From contig JAVZCZ010000001.1 of assembly GCA_038874135.1 (NCBI GenBank), positions 576,001 through 640,000 on the forward strand: a DNA stretch of 64,000 nt. Reading direction: 5' to 3'. The first letter of the stretch is position 1; each line of letters begins with the position of its first letter. This document shows positions 18,941 to 27,225 of this stretch, in pieces. Position numbers and translations under genes: made by a program. The notes beneath the pieces are model-generated. The model searched no databases. It saw only the letters and a program-made list of their open reading frames with translations, and was not told the DNA's origin. The stretch comes from Candidatus Woesearchaeota archaeon (GTDB lineage: Archaea; Nanobdellota; Nanobdellia; Woesearchaeales; 0-14-0-80-44-23).

Positions 18941-18974
18941 AAAAGAATAAGCCCGCATTTCTGCGGGCAAAAAA
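18941..18974. terminator. GC-rich hairpin terminator between convergent genes
   Basis: GCCCGCA-TTTC-TGCGGGC (18951-18968), followed by TTATTCTTTT on the minus strand. Confidence 0.55.
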
Positions 18975-19003
18975 TTCCACCCCCAAATTTTCTCGCCAAT
19001 TCC

Positions 19004-19450
19004 TCAAAAGCTGCTGAGGGCTATCATTGTAACAACCTTTTCAACGCCCTCAATACTTCTCAGCTTTTTGAGTATAAAATTGTTAAGCTGGCTTATGTTC
19101 TTGGTTCTGACTTTAATTATCATATCCTTTTCTCCCGTAATGATTGATACTTCAGAGACATTTTCCAAAGCCCTAATTTTTTCTGCAATTTTCTCTTGAT
19201 CTATCAAATGTCCCGACTCGCGCGCTGAGCCAATGTTTACAAGCACATAAGCCAATACGCCAAATCCCAATTTTTCATAGTCGAGCACTGCGGAATATCC
19301 TTTTATAATTCCAGCTTCTTCTAAATTTTTAATTCTGTGATGAACTGTAGTTATAGGCATTCGCGTCTTTCTGGCAATCTCACGGAGACCAGCCCTTGCT
19401 TCCCTCTCCAAAACAGCCAGAATTTTGAAATCTTTTTCATCTATCTGCAT
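19004..19450 (-). CDS. Lrp/AsnC family transcriptional regulator
   Basis: IDEKDFKILAVL...TTVHHRIKNLEEAGIIKGY HTH plus a RAM domain (ITGEKD). Confidence 0.93.
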   Translation of the reverse strand: MQIDEKDFKILAVLEREARAGLREIARKTRMPITTVHHRIKNLEEAGIIKGYSAVLDYEKLGFGVLAYVLVNIGSARESGHLIDQEKIAEKIRALENVSEVSIITGEKDMIIKVRTKNISQLNNFILKKLRSIEGVEKVVTMIALSSF

Positions 19451-19668
19451 TTTAATTAAAAAATTTTTCATTATTATTTAAATTTTTTGTATTTTTTGAA
19501 TATTTTTTAATATTCTTAAAAAAAGATTTTTATATTTCTCTTTACTTCTTAATTTCTGATGACGCAGCGCCCGTTAATCTGGAGAGGGGTTATGAAAAAG
19601 AGTTCTATAAAAGTTAATGCTGCGTGCATTAATAACTAAAGCCAACCTCGGCTTTACCACATTTTCTA

Positions 19669-20079
19669 TTGCGCGGGGTGAGGAACATCCAAAAACCATA
19701 TCCTTTGGAAGGAGAATATTATGGAATAATATGCAGTGAAGGAAAACAGGTTAGCCTGGTGCAATTGGATTGTGCAACAGATTCTGAAGCAATGATTCAA
19801 GCAGAAATTCTGCTCAGTAAGGTTAGGAATCTTGAACAGATTATTAAATTTCCAAAGCTCAGTTATGCCCACGCGCTCAGATTACTAAACGAAAATTTAG
19901 GTGTTGAAGAGGAAGACTTCTTTACAGAAGGACTGATGCAGCTTAGCAAACTTTTCCAGCAGCCCTTTTTTATATGTGACATTCCGGATACGACCCAGTT
20001 TAATCTGCTCCTAGTCTTAGAAGATGCAACGCCGCTATTCATTTCATACACGACTGTAAGGAAAAATCAAAACATTTAA
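19669..20079 (+). CDS. hypothetical protein / possible degenerate class IIb aaRS (AsnRS-like) fragment
   Basis: FPKLSYAHALRLLNE...LSKLFQQPFFICDIP aligns by eye with FPRMRYDEAIKLLNE...LTSLFDTPIIVTHYP of the adjacent AsnRS. The start is uncertain. Confidence 0.5.
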   Translation: MRGVRNIQKPYPLEGEYYGIICSEGKQVSLVQLDCATDSEAMIQAEILLSKVRNLEQIIKFPKLSYAHALRLLNENLGVEEEDFFTEGLMQLSKLFQQPFFICDIPDTTQFNLLLVLEDATPLFISYTTVRKNQNI

Positions 20080-20132
20080 AACATTACAAGTTTAAATTAA
20101 ACAGAATTCCAATATTAAATGGGTGAAGCTGC

Positions 20133-21428
20133 ATGTCTTTCATTTCAATAAAAGAAGCAATGAACAAGGGAGAGGGCGTTGTTGAACTTAGAGGCTGGGT
20201 TTATAGGGAGAGAAAGAGCAACAGGTTTGCATTCATAGTGCTAAGAGATTCAAGTAACATAATTCAGTGTGTTGTTGAAAAGGACAAGGTCAGTCCAGAA
20301 GTTTGGGCTTCTGCCGAAGCGATAACAGTTGAGTCTTCCTGTGAGGTTAGAGGCAATATTCAGAAAGAGCCAAGAGCACCCACTGGATTTGAAGTTCACG
20401 TTTCAGATTTGAAGGTTGTACAGATTGCAGAACCCTTCCCAATAACCAAGGATAAAAGCCCGGAATTCCTAATGGATAAGCGACACCTCTGGCTGAGAAG
20501 CAGATACCTAACATCCGTGCTTAAAATAAGGAGTACGGTTTTCAAAGCAATACGAGAATACTTCTACTCCAAGGGTTTTTATGAATACCATTCACCCATA
20601 TTCACTTCAGTACAATGCGAGGGCGGTTCAACCCTTTTCAAAGTTGACTATTTCGGCCGTACAGCGTACCTAACCCAAAGCTGGCAGCTCTATGCAGAAG
20701 CTGGAATCTTTTCCTTGGAAAAAATATTTACAATAGCTCCATCTTTCAGGGCGGAAAAGTCAAAAACTTCTAGGCACCTGACAGAGTATTGGCATGCGGA
20801 GATGGAAGCTGCCTGGTGCGATTTTGAAGAATTAATAGGGCATGGAGAAGCTCTTATTAAGCATGTTGTCAAGAGGGTCTTAGAAGAAAATTCAGAGGAA
20901 CTAAAGATTCTTAACAGGGATCCTAAGCTTCTGATTCCCACCCTGGAAAAACCATTTCCGCGCATGAGATATGATGAAGCGATAAAACTCTTGAACGAGA
21001 AATTTAAGCTTAATATTCCCTGGGGTAAGGATTTGAGAACCATAGAAGAGGACAAACTAACATCCTTGTTTGACACGCCAATAATAGTAACTCATTATCC
21101 AAAGAAGATAAAGGCTTTTTACATGAAAGAAAGCCCTGACAATCCCGAAGTGGTTCTCGGCACAGACTTCCTTCTTCCAGAGGGTCACGGCGAAGTTATT
21201 GGCGGTTCCGAGCGTGAGTCTAACCTTGAAAAAATAAAAGAGCGCCTAATAGAGCAGGGCGAAGCGGTTGAACACTACCAATTCTATCTTGACACCAGAA
21301 GATATGGAAGCGTTCCCCACTCCGGCTTCGGGTTAGGTGTTGAGCGGCTGATAAGTTGGATATGCGGTTTGGAAAACATTAAGGATGCGATACCATTCCC
21401 AAGGACAATGCTCAGGTGGACGCCATAA
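20133..21428 (+). CDS. asnS: asparaginyl-tRNA synthetase
   Basis: OB fold (LRGWV), RHLWLR, YLTQSWQLY, FRAEKSKTSRHLTE, GFGLGVER; tRNA-Asn is adjacent. Confidence 0.95.
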   Translation: MSFISIKEAMNKGEGVVELRGWVYRERKSNRFAFIVLRDSSNIIQCVVEKDKVSPEVWASAEAITVESSCEVRGNIQKEPRAPTGFEVHVSDLKVVQIAEPFPITKDKSPEFLMDKRHLWLRSRYLTSVLKIRSTVFKAIREYFYSKGFYEYHSPIFTSVQCEGGSTLFKVDYFGRTAYLTQSWQLYAEAGIFSLEKIFTIAPSFRAEKSKTSRHLTEYWHAEMEAAWCDFEELIGHGEALIKHVVKRVLEENSEELKILNRDPKLLIPTLEKPFPRMRYDEAIKLLNEKFKLNIPWGKDLRTIEEDKLTSLFDTPIIVTHYPKKIKAFYMKESPDNPEVVLGTDFLLPEGHGEVIGGSERESNLEKIKERLIEQGEAVEHYQFYLDTRRYGSVPHSGFGLGVERLISWICGLENIKDAIPFPRTMLRWTP

Positions 21429-21470
21429 ACCAAAAATTTAAATATGCCCCTCTTCCCCACAAGAACTAAT

Positions 21471-21543
21471 GGCTTCGTAGCTCAGTCGGTAGAGCGCCTG
21501 ACTGTTAATCAGGAGGTCGGCAGTCCGAGTCTGCCCGAAGCCG
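21471..21543 (+). tRNA. tRNA-Asn(GTT)
   Basis: GGCTTCG/CGAAGCC acceptor, CCTGA-CTGTTAA-TCAGG anticodon arm, GGCAG/CTGCC T-stem, G discriminator. Confidence 0.95.
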
Positions 21544-21643
21544 TCCTATTATTAACTTCTGACAGCCTATCTGAGTATAATTGAAAAGATTAATAAATGC
21601 CGCTTAAATTTAATGCTAATAACAAATAAAAGGAGGTTTTCAT

Positions 21644-22237
21644 ATGGAAAGCAAACTTTCAAACGAGTTTGTACTATCAGAAATCTTTCAATCATCTTAC
21701 GAGACAAAAAACAAATTCTATGAAGTTGCGGAGTTATTCGTAATAATTTTAGGATCCTTCCTGATTCCATTCGTATTAGGGCATCCTCAGCTGCTGGTTG
21801 GAACGCTAGTTAACTCTCTTTTAATAATATCTGCAGTGCGCATAAAGGATTATAAGATAATTTTTCCAATAATACTACCCAGCATAGCCGCACTTTCAAG
21901 GGCACTCCTGTTTGGTCCATTCACAAAGTATTTGTTGTTTATGCTGCCATTCATATGGTTGGGAAATCTGCTTCTAGTAATTTTCATAAAACTTATTGGT
22001 TTATATCTTGAAAAAGGAATTATAGCTGCAGGATCATTCGGTTCAGCAGTCAAAGCAGGATTTCTATTCAGCTCAGCATTTTTACTTTTCAAAACAGGGC
22101 TGGTTCCTAAAGCGTTCTTAACAGCATTCGGGATAACTCAGTTTGCCACTGCTCTGGCAGGGCTTGCAGTAGCATATCCCATAGTAAAGATTACTAGCAC
22201 AAGAAGGCGCTTTGTGAAGGGTCATGCAAGAAGATAA
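21644..22237 (+). CDS. multi-pass membrane protein, ECF S-component-like, first gene of the hydrogenase operon
   Basis: About 6 hydrophobic helices (QLLVGTLVN, PFIWLGN, QFATALAG); overlaps the hydC start. Confidence 0.6.
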   Translation: MESKLSNEFVLSEIFQSSYETKNKFYEVAELFVIILGSFLIPFVLGHPQLLVGTLVNSLLIISAVRIKDYKIIFPIILPSIAALSRALLFGPFTKYLLFMLPFIWLGNLLLVIFIKLIGLYLEKGIIAAGSFGSAVKAGFLFSSAFLLFKTGLVPKAFLTAFGITQFATALAGLAVAYPIVKITSTRRRFVKGHARR

Positions 22238-22709
22238 CAATCCGGATTTAATCAGGAACATAATCTTAAAATATAAGGACGAGCCAGGAGCACTTCTGCC
22301 GATACTCAAAGAAGTCCAAGATACACACGGATATATTCCGAGACAAGCAATGCTGCGTATAAGTGAAGAGCTTAAAGTTCCACTAAGCAAGGTCTATTCC
22401 GCCGTGACATTCTATAACCAGTTCAAAGAGAAAAAATCTGGAAAGCACACGATAAGAGTATGTCTTGGAACTGCCTGCTGCGTTAGGCGCTCAGAAGAAA
22501 TACTTAAAGCTCTTGAATCAACTCTTGGAATAAAAGAGGGGGAAACTGATGAGAAAGGCCTTTTTACTCTTGAGAGGGTAAACTGCGTAGGCGCCTGCAG
22601 TTTAGGCCCCATAGTGGAGATTGACGGCAAGATCTACTCTAAGATGAACCCCAAGCTGGCAAACAGGCTTATTCAGGAGCTGATAAAGAAAGAGGACTTT
22701 AAAAAATGA
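22224..22709 (+). CDS. hydC: [FeFe]-hydrogenase NuoE-like [2Fe-2S] subunit
   Basis: TFY, CLGTAC...CVGAC thioredoxin-like [2Fe-2S] ligands. Confidence 0.92.
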   Translation: MQEDNNPDLIRNIILKYKDEPGALLPILKEVQDTHGYIPRQAMLRISEELKVPLSKVYSAVTFYNQFKEKKSGKHTIRVCLGTACCVRRSEEILKALESTLGIKEGETDEKGLFTLERVNCVGACSLGPIVEIDGKIYSKMNPKLANRLIQELIKKEDFKK

Positions 22710-24538
22710 GAGTTCGCGTAGGTTTGGGATCTGCAGGAGTCTCCTCAGGAGCTCTTGAAGTTTATAAACAGTTTTCCCAGCTGGGGCGCGACTTCATTTT
22801 ATCTAAAACTGGAGAGATGGGCGCATCCTTCCTAGCTCCCGTGGTTGAACTTAAAGCTGGCGAATATGAAACATTAATATTTGCTAATGTCAAGCCAGAA
22901 CAATGTGAGAGGATACTCTCTATAGGAGAGCGGCTTGAAAAATCCGGAAGAGAAGTTTGGGAAAGGTTAGTATATGCCAAAAGGCGCGACGGAACACAAA
23001 TCTTCAAGAAAAAGCCGTATGTCGAAGAGCTGGACTTTTTTAAAGGCCAAGTAAAAAATGTTTCAGCAAGGTGCGGCATCATAGATCCTGAGAGCATAGA
23101 AGAATATTACAATGCTGGAGGATTCTCAGCTCTGGCACGAGCACTTCTTATGAATCAGGAGGACATAATTGCAGAGGTAAAACGCTCAGGTCTTAGAGGT
23201 AGAGGAGGTAGTGGCTTCTTTACAGGAGAGAAATGGGAAGCAGTTTTCAAACAAAAATCAGACATAAAGTACCTAATCTGCAACTTTGATGAGGGCGACC
23301 CCGGCGCATTTATGAATAGGGCTCTGGTTGAATCAGATCCCTTCTCGGTTTTGGAAGGAGTAATAATAGCAGCATATGCTGTGGGCGCATCCGAGGCATT
23401 CATATACACCAGGTCTGAGTACCCACTAGCAATCAGCAGGCTTCAAAATGCAATTGAGGAAGCTCAAGCAGCAGAGCTTCTAGGCAGGAACATTCTCAAC
23501 TCTGGCTTCTCGCTTAAGCTCAAACTCAAAACAGGAGCCGGCGCATTTGTTTGCGGAGAAGAAACAGGACTCATAAGCTCGATAGAAGGAGGTGCCGGAA
23601 GGCCTAGGCCTAAGCCACCCTACCCTTCAGAATCAGGGCTTTTCGGAATGCCAACTCTGATAAACAATGTGGAAACATTAGCCAACATTCCCCTAATTAT
23701 AAACAACGGAGCAGAGTGGTTTAGGCAGTTCGGTTCGGAATCTTCTCCCGGGACTAAGATGTTCTCGATAAGTGGAGATGCTCCACGCTCGGGATATGTA
23801 GAGGTGCCCCTAGGAATTCAGCTAAGAAGAATATGCGAGATGGCAGGCCTTAAAGAGTCAGAAGTCAAAGCAGTACAGTTAGGAGGGCCCTCAGGAGGGC
23901 TTGTAAGTAGGGCTCACCTTTCAATTAATTTAGACTATGAGGGGGTGCAGCAGGCAGAAGCCATTATAGGCTCGGGAGGAGTTGTTTTTGTTGGCAATAA
24001 TAGAAAAATTCTGGAGACGATTCAGCACGGGCTGAAATTCCTCATTTCAGAGAGCTGTGGAAGGTGCACTCCTTGCAGGGAAGGCATATTTAGAATGAAC
24101 GAACTTGTTGAAAGGATACAAAGAGGAGAAGGCACGCCCCAAGATGTTCTTAACTTATACCTCCTCTCCAATACGATAAGAGATACATCTCTCTGCGGTC
24201 TTGGAAAAACCGCACCCAACCTTGTGATTTCCAGCATCAGAAACTTCTTTGCAGAGTACGAATCCCTAATTCGCGAGTGGAAGGGAAAACTTCAGAATGT
24301 TTTATCCTACACGATTGATAGCAAGCGCTGTAATGGCTGTCACATATGCGCAACAGTATGTCCCAAAAAAGCGATAAATGGTAGAGCTTTAGAAATACAT
24401 GAGATAAATCAGGAGCTGTGTGTAAAATGCGGCTTGTGTTATAAGAGCTGTCCATACTCTGCAATATTTCAGAATCTTGCTGAGAGAGATAAAAACCTTA
24501 AGATAGAAATTGATAATAGCAACGAAAATGGACTCTGA
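22706..24538 (+). CDS. hydB: [FeFe]-hydrogenase NuoF-like FMN/NADH (diaphorase) subunit
   Basis: GLRGRGG, NFDEGDPGAFM, GAFVCGEETG, NNVET, GGPSG, ESCGRCTPCREG...SLCGLG, C-terminal 2x[4Fe-4S]. Confidence 0.93.
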   Translation: MRVRVGLGSAGVSSGALEVYKQFSQLGRDFILSKTGEMGASFLAPVVELKAGEYETLIFANVKPEQCERILSIGERLEKSGREVWERLVYAKRRDGTQIFKKKPYVEELDFFKGQVKNVSARCGIIDPESIEEYYNAGGFSALARALLMNQEDIIAEVKRSGLRGRGGSGFFTGEKWEAVFKQKSDIKYLICNFDEGDPGAFMNRALVESDPFSVLEGVIIAAYAVGASEAFIYTRSEYPLAISRLQNAIEEAQAAELLGRNILNSGFSLKLKLKTGAGAFVCGEETGLISSIEGGAGRPRPKPPYPSESGLFGMPTLINNVETLANIPLIINNGAEWFRQFGSESSPGTKMFSISGDAPRSGYVEVPLGIQLRRICEMAGLKESEVKAVQLGGPSGGLVSRAHLSINLDYEGVQQAEAIIGSGGVVFVGNNRKILETIQHGLKFLISESCGRCTPCREGIFRMNELVERIQRGEGTPQDVLNLYLLSNTIRDTSLCGLGKTAPNLVISSIRNFFAEYESLIREWKGKLQNVLSYTIDSKRCNGCHICATVCPKKAINGRALEIHEINQELCVKCGLCYKSCPYSAIFQNLAERDKNLKIEIDNSNENGL

Positions 24539-26261
24539 AAAAACAATTGAAGTGAATGGAAGAGAAATAAAAACAAAGCAGAAGTATCTTTTACAGGCAT
24601 TGGAAGAGGCAGGTTATAATATTCCTAAACTATGTAGCCATCCGGACTTTGAGCCGTTAGCCAACTGCAGGCTTTGCATAGTTGAAGTTGATGGCAGGAT
24701 TAGAACTTCCTGCAACACTATTGTGGAAGACGGCATGACGGTGAATATTGACACTCCTGCTGTGATTGAGGAGAGGCGTCACAACCTTGAACTGATACTT
24801 TCAAATCACCCGTTGGATTGTGATTACTGCTATAAGAACATGAGGTGTGAGCTTCAAGCACTTGCAGAGCGTATAACCAAAACTACGCGCTATGTTGGTC
24901 TTCAGAGAAGAACTGGAGTGGATGAATCTTCTGCATCAATAGTTAGAAATATGGATCAATGCATCCTCTGCGGCAGGTGTATCCTGGCCTGTCAGAGGGC
25001 AGGAGTTTCCCTTTTAGACTATGTAGGCAGAGGCTTTAGCACAGCCATACTTCCCCCTTTCAGACTTAAGCTTTCAGAAACTACTTGCACGAGCTGCGGG
25101 CAGTGCAGCCTGGTTTGCCCTACAGCAGCCATAACTGAGAAGGATGACAGGGCACTAGCATATTCTCTAATAAATGATAAGGACAAGTTTGTAATAGCAC
25201 AGATAGCCCCAGCAGTTAGAGTGAGCATAGGTGAGGAGTTCGGACTCAAACCCGGAACAATTGTAACTGGAAAGTTAGTTGCAGCACTTAAAGAGGTGGG
25301 CTTTGACGCAGTTTGTGACACTTCTCTCGGAGCAGATTTCACAATAGTTGAAGAGGCAGCTGAGCTTATCTCTCGCTTAAAAGCCAGACAGAATGGAGAA
25401 CGAGCAGCACTTCCGATGTTTACGAGCTGCTGCCCGTCCTGGGTGTTCTATGTTGAAGAATTTCTGCCTGAGCTTATTCCGAACCTTTCCACAACAAAAA
25501 GCCCGCACGAGATAATGGCAACACTTCTAAAAACATATTATTCTGAGAAGAAAAAAATTCCAATTGAGAAAATTTCAGTTGTTTCAATAATGCCCTGCAC
25601 TTCAAAAAAAGAGGAAGCGCGCAGGGTGGAACACAGAATAATGGGCTTCCCAGCAGTGGATACAGTTCTCACAGTGAGAGAAGCTTCAAGGATGATACGG
25701 GAGGCGGGCATAAACCTTCCCAACCTGCAGGATGCAGAGTTTGACGACTTGTTGAGAGACGCTTCGGGCGCAGGTCAGATTTTCGGAGCCAGTGGAGGGG
25801 TAATGGAGGCAGTTCTTAGAACAGCCAGCTCAATCTTAAACCACGAAAATTCTAATTCAAAAATAGAATTCAAGGAGGTCAGAGGCCTTTCAGGGGTTAA
25901 GGAGGCTGAATACGAGCTCGGAAGAGAAAGGTTAAGAGTTGCAGTAGTCAATGGTCTTGGAAAAATAAACTCCATTCTTGAAAAGGCAGGAAAAGGCGAG
26001 CTGGACTTTATAGAAGTAATGGCTTGTCCAGGCGGGTGTTCTGGAGGCGGCGGGCAGCCCATCCCAACTACTTCGCACATAGTTTCGGAGAGAATAAAAG
26101 GGCTATACTCCGCTGATGAGCGCGCCCAATTCAGGGAGAGCTTCCATAACCCTATAGTTCAAAAGGTGTACTCTGAATTTTTGGAATGTCCGAATTCAAG
26201 CACAGCTGAAAACCTGCTGCACACCAGGTTTATTCCGAGAAAGCCGTATGGCAACATATGA
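24528..26261 (+). CDS. hydA: [FeFe]-hydrogenase catalytic subunit (group A3-like)
   Basis: H-cluster motifs TSCCPSW, MPCTSKKEE and EVMACPGGCSGGGGQP. N-terminal [2Fe-2S], His-ligated [4Fe-4S] (HPLDCDYC...C) and 2x[4Fe-4S]. Confidence 0.96.
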   Translation: MDSEKTIEVNGREIKTKQKYLLQALEEAGYNIPKLCSHPDFEPLANCRLCIVEVDGRIRTSCNTIVEDGMTVNIDTPAVIEERRHNLELILSNHPLDCDYCYKNMRCELQALAERITKTTRYVGLQRRTGVDESSASIVRNMDQCILCGRCILACQRAGVSLLDYVGRGFSTAILPPFRLKLSETTCTSCGQCSLVCPTAAITEKDDRALAYSLINDKDKFVIAQIAPAVRVSIGEEFGLKPGTIVTGKLVAALKEVGFDAVCDTSLGADFTIVEEAAELISRLKARQNGERAALPMFTSCCPSWVFYVEEFLPELIPNLSTTKSPHEIMATLLKTYYSEKKKIPIEKISVVSIMPCTSKKEEARRVEHRIMGFPAVDTVLTVREASRMIREAGINLPNLQDAEFDDLLRDASGAGQIFGASGGVMEAVLRTASSILNHENSNSKIEFKEVRGLSGVKEAEYELGRERLRVAVVNGLGKINSILEKAGKGELDFIEVMACPGGCSGGGGQPIPTTSHIVSERIKGLYSADERAQFRESFHNPIVQKVYSEFLECPNSSTAENLLHTRFIPRKPYGNI

Positions 26262-26262
26262 T

Positions 26263-27219
26263 TTAGCTGAGGCTCTTAACTACGAAATTCTTAAAAGTGG
26301 TTTCCAGCATTTTAGACGCCTTCTTAGTGAGCTGTCCATCAGTTAGAAGTATGCAGGGAAGGCCTCTCATCTGGGCTTGGACGTATGCTGAGCTCAGGTC
26401 ATCCTCATTTATAAGTTTCTTGTCCTTCGCTCTGCAAAAGTATTCAAAGCTTCCCAGATCGTTTTTAACCCTTATTTTGAAGTCATACTGACTTTTCTTA
26501 TTTGATGGAAACTCTTCTAGAACTTCCACACCCCTTTCTGAGAAGAATTTCTTCACTCTCTCCAAGAAATCTGAAGTGGTAATTCTGAGCGTTTTTCTCT
26601 CTTCACTACCCTCACTTTTTGATATGTTTTCAAGCACCTTCTTATGCGCCCTGCTCTTTTTCTTCAGCTCATCTTCCAGGATTATTGCTTTTCCACTCCC
26701 ACTTATCGCAGATTCTATGCTTTCCGCTATTGTTATTCTCGGCTTTGAAGGCGCAGCTTTAATTACCATTTCACTCTCGGCAGCTTTCTGTGATAATCCT
26801 TGCAAAATGCTTAAAGCATCCTGCTCAGACAGCAGGTGCCACCTCCAGAAAGTTTTTCCATCGTGATTAAAAGAGACTGCAAAGTCCGGAATCGACTTAA
26901 GAGATACCCTTGTAAGAGGATCGGCTTCCTCTTCTCTTATAACGCCTCTCTCTTTAAGCATGAAGCAGGTTTGTCTGTCTTTCTCGTTCATAGCAGGAAG
27001 GAGCCTCTCAAGTTTTTCCTCCTGACCCTCAACATAATATAATGGAGAACCGCCTATTTTTGCCTTGGTAATTCTGACGAGCTTTCGCGAGGCAAGTTCT
27101 GAGAGCAGGGCTGATGCGATAAGCAAGTCCTTACCTAAGAACCTTGCGAGCTCTGATGGCAGAACTGGCCCGTTCTGCTTAACAAATTCCAATGCTTGTT
27201 CTGAAATCTGGCTTCCCAT
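26263..27219 (-). CDS. hypothetical protein: N-terminal winged helix plus C-terminal restriction-endonuclease-like domain
   Basis: GPVLPSELARFLG...IGGSPLYY; the C-terminal YDF...YFCRAKDKK...CILLTDG resembles an Mrr-like fold. Confidence 0.55.
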   Translation of the reverse strand: MGSQISEQALEFVKQNGPVLPSELARFLGKDLLIASALLSELASRKLVRITKAKIGGSPLYYVEGQEEKLERLLPAMNEKDRQTCFMLKERGVIREEEADPLTRVSLKSIPDFAVSFNHDGKTFWRWHLLSEQDALSILQGLSQKAAESEMVIKAAPSKPRITIAESIESAISGSGKAIILEDELKKKSRAHKKVLENISKSEGSEERKTLRITTSDFLERVKKFFSERGVEVLEEFPSNKKSQYDFKIRVKNDLGSFEYFCRAKDKKLINEDDLSSAYVQAQMRGLPCILLTDGQLTKKASKMLETTFKNFVVKSLS

Positions 27220-27225
27220 CTTTTT

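Noticed and set aside
21471-26300. Integrative element at tRNA-Asn carrying the hydrogenase
   Set aside because: No integrase, and I saw no duplicated tRNA 3' end. Horizontal origin remains only an inference.
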